A DNA stretch of 62,023 nucleotides, counting the filler. It is 14 parts of 14 records of this genome, joined end to end, with 100 filler letters (N's around TTAATTAATTAA, not from the genome) between each part and the next. Parts side by side here need not be neighbours in the genome. Positions count along the whole stretch, not along the records: positions 53,860 to 58,002 come from SRR15195285_8614; positions 58,103 to 62,023 come from SRR15195285_8616; 12 more parts are not named here. One strand, given 5' to 3'. Positions 57,308 through 62,023 of the stretch are shown piece after piece (within the stretch, counting starts at the first letter, position 1; every line of letters begins with the position of its first letter). Both the position numbers and the translations under genes were made by a program. The notes under the pieces were generated by a model. That model was not told where the DNA came from. It worked only from the letters and a program-made list of their open reading frames with translations, and made no database searches.

Positions 57308-58752
57308 GATTCAATCCACAAGCACGCGCATGTCACTATACAATCGCCTGCCATAGCCGTGCTCGGAGCGGGAGGGTGTGAGCGGAAGGCTGCAGGAGCT
57401 CAGAAGGCGATGACGGAGGCAGGGCGCCCACACCTGATTCGCCAGAGAATAAGTCGGCCGCGCCCTCGCGATGCTACCCCTGCACGAGCGACCAATCCAT
57501 CTCAGTCAGCTATCCCGGCACCGTGTTTCTGCTGACTACCAGCAGCACACTCTGGCGCTCGACACTCACAGACCGCCCAATCCCACGCTCTAGACAAGAG
57601 ACCCTACGCTCTTTCTACCGCGTTCCCCCCTGATCTGGACGTTTGACAAACAGACAGTTTCGACCAACTAGACATCGGCCCCGGTTCGAGGCAGGTGGTC
57701 TGGAGATGCCGTCCAGCGATAACCAATGACTTTCTCTGAAATCTCTCTTCTCGTCTGCGTACGTACCTGTGCTGGTGCTTGTAGTGGCTGTGGAGCGCCA
57801 AGGACTCAGCGGGGAAGCAGAAGCGATCGCAGAGCTGCGCACCGACCGGCGGTGGCCTCCGACCTTCCTTTCTCCTCATGTGCCCCACCATCGCGTGATT
57901 GTCGGCGCTATCGCTCGCGCGCGCGCGGCCCGCGGTGAACACGGGTATTGAGCCTTGCACGCACTTCCACACGCGAGTCGTACTTGTTCCCTGTGTATGT
58001 TTNNNNNNNNNNNNNNNNNNNNNNNNNNNNNNNNNNNNNNNNNNNNTTAATTAATTAANNNNNNNNNNNNNNNNNNNNNNNNNNNNNNNNNNNNNNNNNN
58101 NNATTGGCCGCACCCAAATTGTATGTAAATGTATGTAGTACAGTAGCTAGATGTACATCATTAAGACACAAGGGGCAGCTGGGTTCTGAGACTCCGTAGA
58201 ACTTGGCGATTCTGGGGCCGTCCATCAGCGTGCCTGTTCTTGCCTGCATCATGAATGCTGTCTGCGGAAGCGACTGGCGGTTCACGATGCGTGTCCATGC
58301 CAGCTCCTCCAGCTGCATCTGCTGTTGTGTAAGCTGGGAGCAGCTCTGTGGCCGCGATGAACTGCGCGTCGGTGTCTTGGGCCTGCCTGAGCCAGGGCAG
58401 CGCGTAGGCCGGGTCGCCACTCGATACTACGCCGCCGGCCGGCTGTGCGAACTGGAGTTCGCCGTCGGCGCCATGTGTGCTGAACACGGCGCCGGTGCTC
58501 GAAGAGAGCTGCTCCGGTGCGAGCAACGATAGTGGGGGTGAGCCTCTACTTAATGTTTTGCAGATTGCCCCTGAATTACCACCCACGGAACGGCTCTTGG
58601 CGACGGGTGGATTGAATGCCAGAATGTGGTCAACTGACGCCCTGCGCCCCTGCCCGAGGAAAGTGTGTCACACCGTGCCACCGGCGCGTGCCTGCTGCGT
58701 GCTGGGCACGGCGCACGTGTTGGCCTGGCTTAGGCTGTGCCTGTAGGCGGCG

Positions 58753-59539
58753 ATGACAGAGCTCATCTTCGGCAGCGGGAAACATCGGGACCGCGACCAA
58801 GGCGTGGATCTAGAGGGCGAGCGAGATCTCAGCCAGACAACCCGCGGGCTGGGTGCATCCGGGCGGATCTGGGCAGGGCGGCAGTGTGATGCTGCCAACG
58901 GGCAGATGTTCGATCGCGGGTTCGTGCGCCCTAGCGCTGGAGATGTCATTGGTGCAACGAGGGATTCTGGCGAGCGCAGCCACGCAAGGCGCCGCGCGCC
59001 GCAGGACTGGGACAGTGGACTGGGCAACAGACTAGACGCCGTCCCGGGCGGCCCTCAAATGGCACTGGGCGAGTGTTCTCGCGGTAAGCAGCAGTGGCTG
59101 TTCAACCACAGCGCTGTGGTGCTGCCTGGTCTCAGCGGTGGCAACCCGGCATGGATCTCACCGCTGAAATCGACGGCTCGTGCTGTGAGTCGCCATCGCA
59201 TCTCTGACAACTGCTTTCGGCGAGTCTGTGTGCTCACTGCTCGCGCACGCATGGTCGTAGCTGCACGCGTCGAGGTTATCGCCAACGCGAATCTCGCCGC
59301 CGCTCCCTGTCATGACTGAGAGCATTCCGCACCAGCCTGGTGTTAATATCACCACGAAGATGCACTATGGTCGTGACAACCGGCCACTGCGGCTAGGGCG
59401 ACATCGGCCAGGATTTGCCGAAGCGCCTGGGGTATTCGAGCAAGAGGCGAGAATTTCAGATGTTGCTGAAAGGATGAGAGCTCAGAAGTGGGATCCTCAC
59501 AAGCAACGGTACGAATGGGTTAGCGACTACGATACCTGA
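58753..59539 (+). CDS. Hypothetical protein; intron 59185-59260; further upstream exons possible
   Basis: A GTGAGT...TAG intron joins ORFs 58753 and 59312 in frame. No recognised domain. Confidence 0.45.
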
Positions 59540-59662
59540 GATTATCCGACGTGCTGTGTGTACAGGGCCATGTGCCTTGGTGTAAACCTAGACAAATCAA
59601 GAGAAGCGAGGAAAATGCATTGCAAAATACGTGCCAGGTATTCCAATTGAACGATCGACAAA

Positions 59663-62023
59663 TTAGATTGGCTCAGAACAATCTGAGGATGTGTCACTGT
59701 CTGGGTTTGAGACCTCAGTCCAGTCAGCCCCACCGCCAGGATCAGCATCGGCATCAACCGCTGCAGTGCCAGCAGCAACCGTATCCGTGCTTTCTGTTGC
59801 CGCCGAATCCGTCTCAACTACGTTCGCCGCGGGCCCAGGGTCCGTTGTCGAGCTCCCATCGGTAGCCACCACAGTCACTTTCGCCTGAGAGGAATGCACA
59901 GCTGCTTCGCGGTGTTCCTCCAGCGCCACTCCATCGCAGGCAAGCTGCTGCAGCTCTCGGAGCTCCTGTGCTTGCCCGAGAGCTGCAGACTCCTCCGCAC
60001 TAAGCTCAGTCCTTTGCGACAATGCGTTCAGATACACCTCGACAGGTGAAAGCTCTGTCGACGATGTTGCCAACGCGCGGCTATCTGCTGCATGCGTGGC
60101 TATCTGCTGCAAGGCTACGTCACGGAAGCTCTCAACCTGAGCAGTGACCTCGGCAAATCCAGCCCAGTCACTGGTTTGGACGCAAGCTTTCGCGCGCTGG
60201 AAGGCTTCCTGTTCCTGCATCTGTACCTGCGTGTCCTTTCGCTCTTCGGTGTCCTCAGCTATGGGCTCCGCTTCAGGCTCGGGCTCGGGTTGAGGTTCTG
60301 CTTCTGCTGCAAGCTCTGCTTCCGGCACACTTCCCAGCTCCAAGTCTAATACTGGCTCTGACTCAGACAACGGCTCCTCAGCATGTTGGCCCCGTGACTC
60401 ATTCTTGGCACGACGTACATCTATCCAGTCGTCCCCCCCCAAGCCCAACGAGCCAGTGTTTTGCCGCGTGATTCTGACCTCTGCCGTAGGCTGCGCTTCC
60501 GTCGGCGTGGGCTCGGCTTCCAGTTGCACCTCGGGCTCAGCCTCAGTACTTAGCGCAGCCTCTGGTAGATCCGGCTCCGAATCCAGCGGCGGCACTGCGT
60601 CTGCTTCTGCGCTCGCTGAGGAGTCGGCTACTACTGCTGTTATTGCAGCGTCTTCCTGTGCTTGCCGACCCGGCTCGTCATCGTGTTGGCCTTGAGACTC
60701 GATCTTGGCACGCCGCCTGTCTATCCAGTCGTCGCCTCCCAAACCGAGAGAGCCAGTGTTTTGCCGAGTGATTCTGACCTCTACCTTCGCCGCTTCCTCT
60801 ACCACCGTCGGCTCTGCCTGAGTTCCACCTTGTGGTTCGCCTTTCGCAGCAATCGATTGCTTCTCAGCATCAGCTTGCTTCTGCAGCTTGCGCCGCTCTA
60901 CGATCGACAAATCTGCTGCCTGGCGTTGGGTCTCGACAGGTGGAACAGGACGAGACGATTTCTCAGCTGTTGAAGCAGCTTCGTCAACGAGATCATGCAA
61001 TGCATTGTCCAGGTTGGCTGCAGTCCGCTCCCAAGCTGCAGATTTTTGCTCCCAGTCTTCTTTGCTCACAGTTGGCACACTGTCTTCAGAGACAGAGGCC
61101 GCAACAGCAGCCTCGACTCTAGCACGCCCAGCAGCAGCAGTAGCAGTAGCAGCAGCAGCAACGGTAGCAGCAGCTTTCCGCCGAGCCGCCGCTTCCTCGC
61201 GCTCTTTCTTTTCCCGCTTTCGACGTTGCACGACTGACTCCTTCACGCGTCCTGCTGCTACGAGCGCATGTGCTGCAGATCGGGACGGACTGCCACCACG
61301 AATTGGCGACAGGATGGTGCCGCCAGGACTCGCTACACGCATCCCTGCCCGTGAGGGACTAGCTGATGGACCGCGTTTGGTACGGCCAGATCGTCGCGGG
61401 GAGTTGTGCATTTTGCTAGGGGATGCTGTTGTCTTTCGAGGTGACACCGTCGTAGCAAGAGCTTCCGATGGCGTCTCTCCGTTCACAGAAGACCCTCGTG
61501 CTCTGCGCGGTGAACTGGTTGCCTCTGTGCTTGAGAAACGCGACAGTCGACCAGGTGACGCAAGCCGCTCTGCATTAGCGGCAATCTGCTCGGTGCTGAG
61601 CTCGACCTTCCTGGTCAAGCCTGGCAAGTCGTCTCGACTACTGGTCCGACGCTGCCTGCCTGCTCCTTGTCGTGTCCTTTCCGGTGAGTACAATCGCATG
61701 CTTGTATCTCGCTGATCTGCGAGGGACTTCATTTGTACGCCGCCAGCACGCATTCTAGCAGTTTGGTGCATCTCGTCACGTCGCCCCTGGTGACTCTGTT
61801 GTGTTTCAGCCGCTTGCCGATAGAGTCGATCGTGCACGGGCGAGCCCGCACGTAGCTCACTCATGTCGACACGCTTTGCTCGTGCTGAAATCTCTGGCCG
61901 AAAGGTCAGGCCCTCCACCTCTTCCTTTGCCCTTTCCTCCTGCTTCTCTGCTATCTTCTGCGCCCTCGCACTGAGCCAGTCCTTTTGCCTGGAATAAATC
62001 GTCCCCGTTGTCTCTCCGGTTGT
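59663..62023 (-). CDS. 5'-truncated, largely disordered protein with TFxPxI / VHDRLY motifs (protist cytoskeletal/ciliary-type) and internal duplication
   Basis: ORF open to the window edge; EEVEGLTFRPEIS and SPVHDRLY motifs; SP-rich basic region followed by an acidic EP-rich tail. Confidence 0.75.
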   Translation of the reverse strand, partial: TTGETTGTIYSRQKDWLSARAQKIAEKQEERAKEEVEGLTFRPEISARAKRVDMSELRAGSPVHDRLYRQAAETQQSHQGRRDEMHQTARMRAGGVQMKSLADQRDTSMRLYSPERTRQGAGRQRRTSSRDDLPGLTRKVELSTEQIAANAERLASPGRLSRFSSTEATSSPRRARGSSVNGETPSEALATTVSPRKTTASPSKMHNSPRRSGRTKRGPSASPSRAGMRVASPGGTILSPIRGGSPSRSAAHALVAAGRVKESVVQRRKREKKEREEAAARRKAAATVAAAATATAAAGRARVEAAVAASVSEDSVPTVSKEDWEQKSAAWERTAANLDNALHDLVDEAASTAEKSSRPVPPVETQRQAADLSIVERRKLQKQADAEKQSIAAKGEPQGGTQAEPTVVEEAAKVEVRITRQNTGSLGLGGDDWIDRRRAKIESQGQHDDEPGRQAQEDAAITAVVADSSASAEADAVPPLDSEPDLPEAALSTEAEPEVQLEAEPTPTEAQPTAEVRITRQNTGSLGLGGDDWIDVRRAKNESRGQHAEEPLSESEPVLDLELGSVPEAELAAEAEPQPEPEPEAEPIAEDTEERKDTQVQMQEQEAFQRAKACVQTSDWAGFAEVTAQVESFRDVALQQIATHAADSRALATSSTELSPVEVYLNALSQRTELSAEESAALGQAQELRELQQLACDGVALEEHREAAVHSSQAKVTVVATDGSSTTDPGPAANVVETDSAATESTDTVAAGTAAVDADADPGGGADWTEVSNPDSDTSSDCSEPI
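60384..60782 (-). repeat. Two copies of a about 100-bp coding segment exactly 300 bp apart
   Basis: CTATCCAGTCGTC...AGCCAGTGTTTTGCCG.GTGATTCTGACCTCT at 60421 and 60721. Confidence 0.9.

Noticed and set aside
3692-58102. Regularly recurring TTAATTAATTAA flanked by N runs, as a repeat array or CRISPR
   Set aside because: Fixed 100-bp synthetic linker with stops in six frames; not biological.
58161-58586. 141-aa minus-strand ORF at the start of the last contig
   Set aside because: No ATG start or motif; the strand and exon structure here cannot be resolved.
1-62023. Treating the window as one gene cluster (many Ca2+/endosomal/SH3 genes)
   Set aside because: It comprises 14 unlinked contigs; only within-contig adjacency is real.

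Overview
This is eukaryotic DNA, not prokaryotic: 14 short contigs (about 3.2-6.6 kb each) joined by 13 artificial 100-bp linkers (44 N + TTAATTAATTAA + 44 N), so adjacency across linkers means nothing. The genome is compact and GC-rich, with short spliceosomal introns (about 70-200 nt) and an axonemal dynein, consistent with a flagellated protist SAG/MAG. Recognisable genes: GH18-like secreted hydrolase, ARM-repeat protein, MGST3-like MAPEG, EGF/Pro-rich beta-helix CAZyme, Cys-rich PT-linker protein, PAN3, DNAH1-like dynein heavy chain, SH3-PX protein, GYG-filter CNBD-family K+ channel, alpha/beta-hydrolase-like protein, ankyrin protein, SLC17-like MFS transporter, FOXRED2, WNK-like C-terminal region, inositol 5-phosphatase, two paralogous EF-hand membrane proteins and several coiled-coil proteins. 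Most notable observations: (1) the MGST3 intron has terminal inverted repeats plus a GTAC target-site duplication, the signature of an intron-generating transposon (Introner); (2) a K+ channel with an SH3 domain inserted inside a degenerate CNBD, plus EF-hands; (3) an uncharacterised EF-hand + multi-TM family seen twice; (4) COMMD-like/SH3/PX and 5-phosphatase/GYF_2 fusions. Exon boundaries were derived by hand and domain calls come from motif recognition, not database searches.
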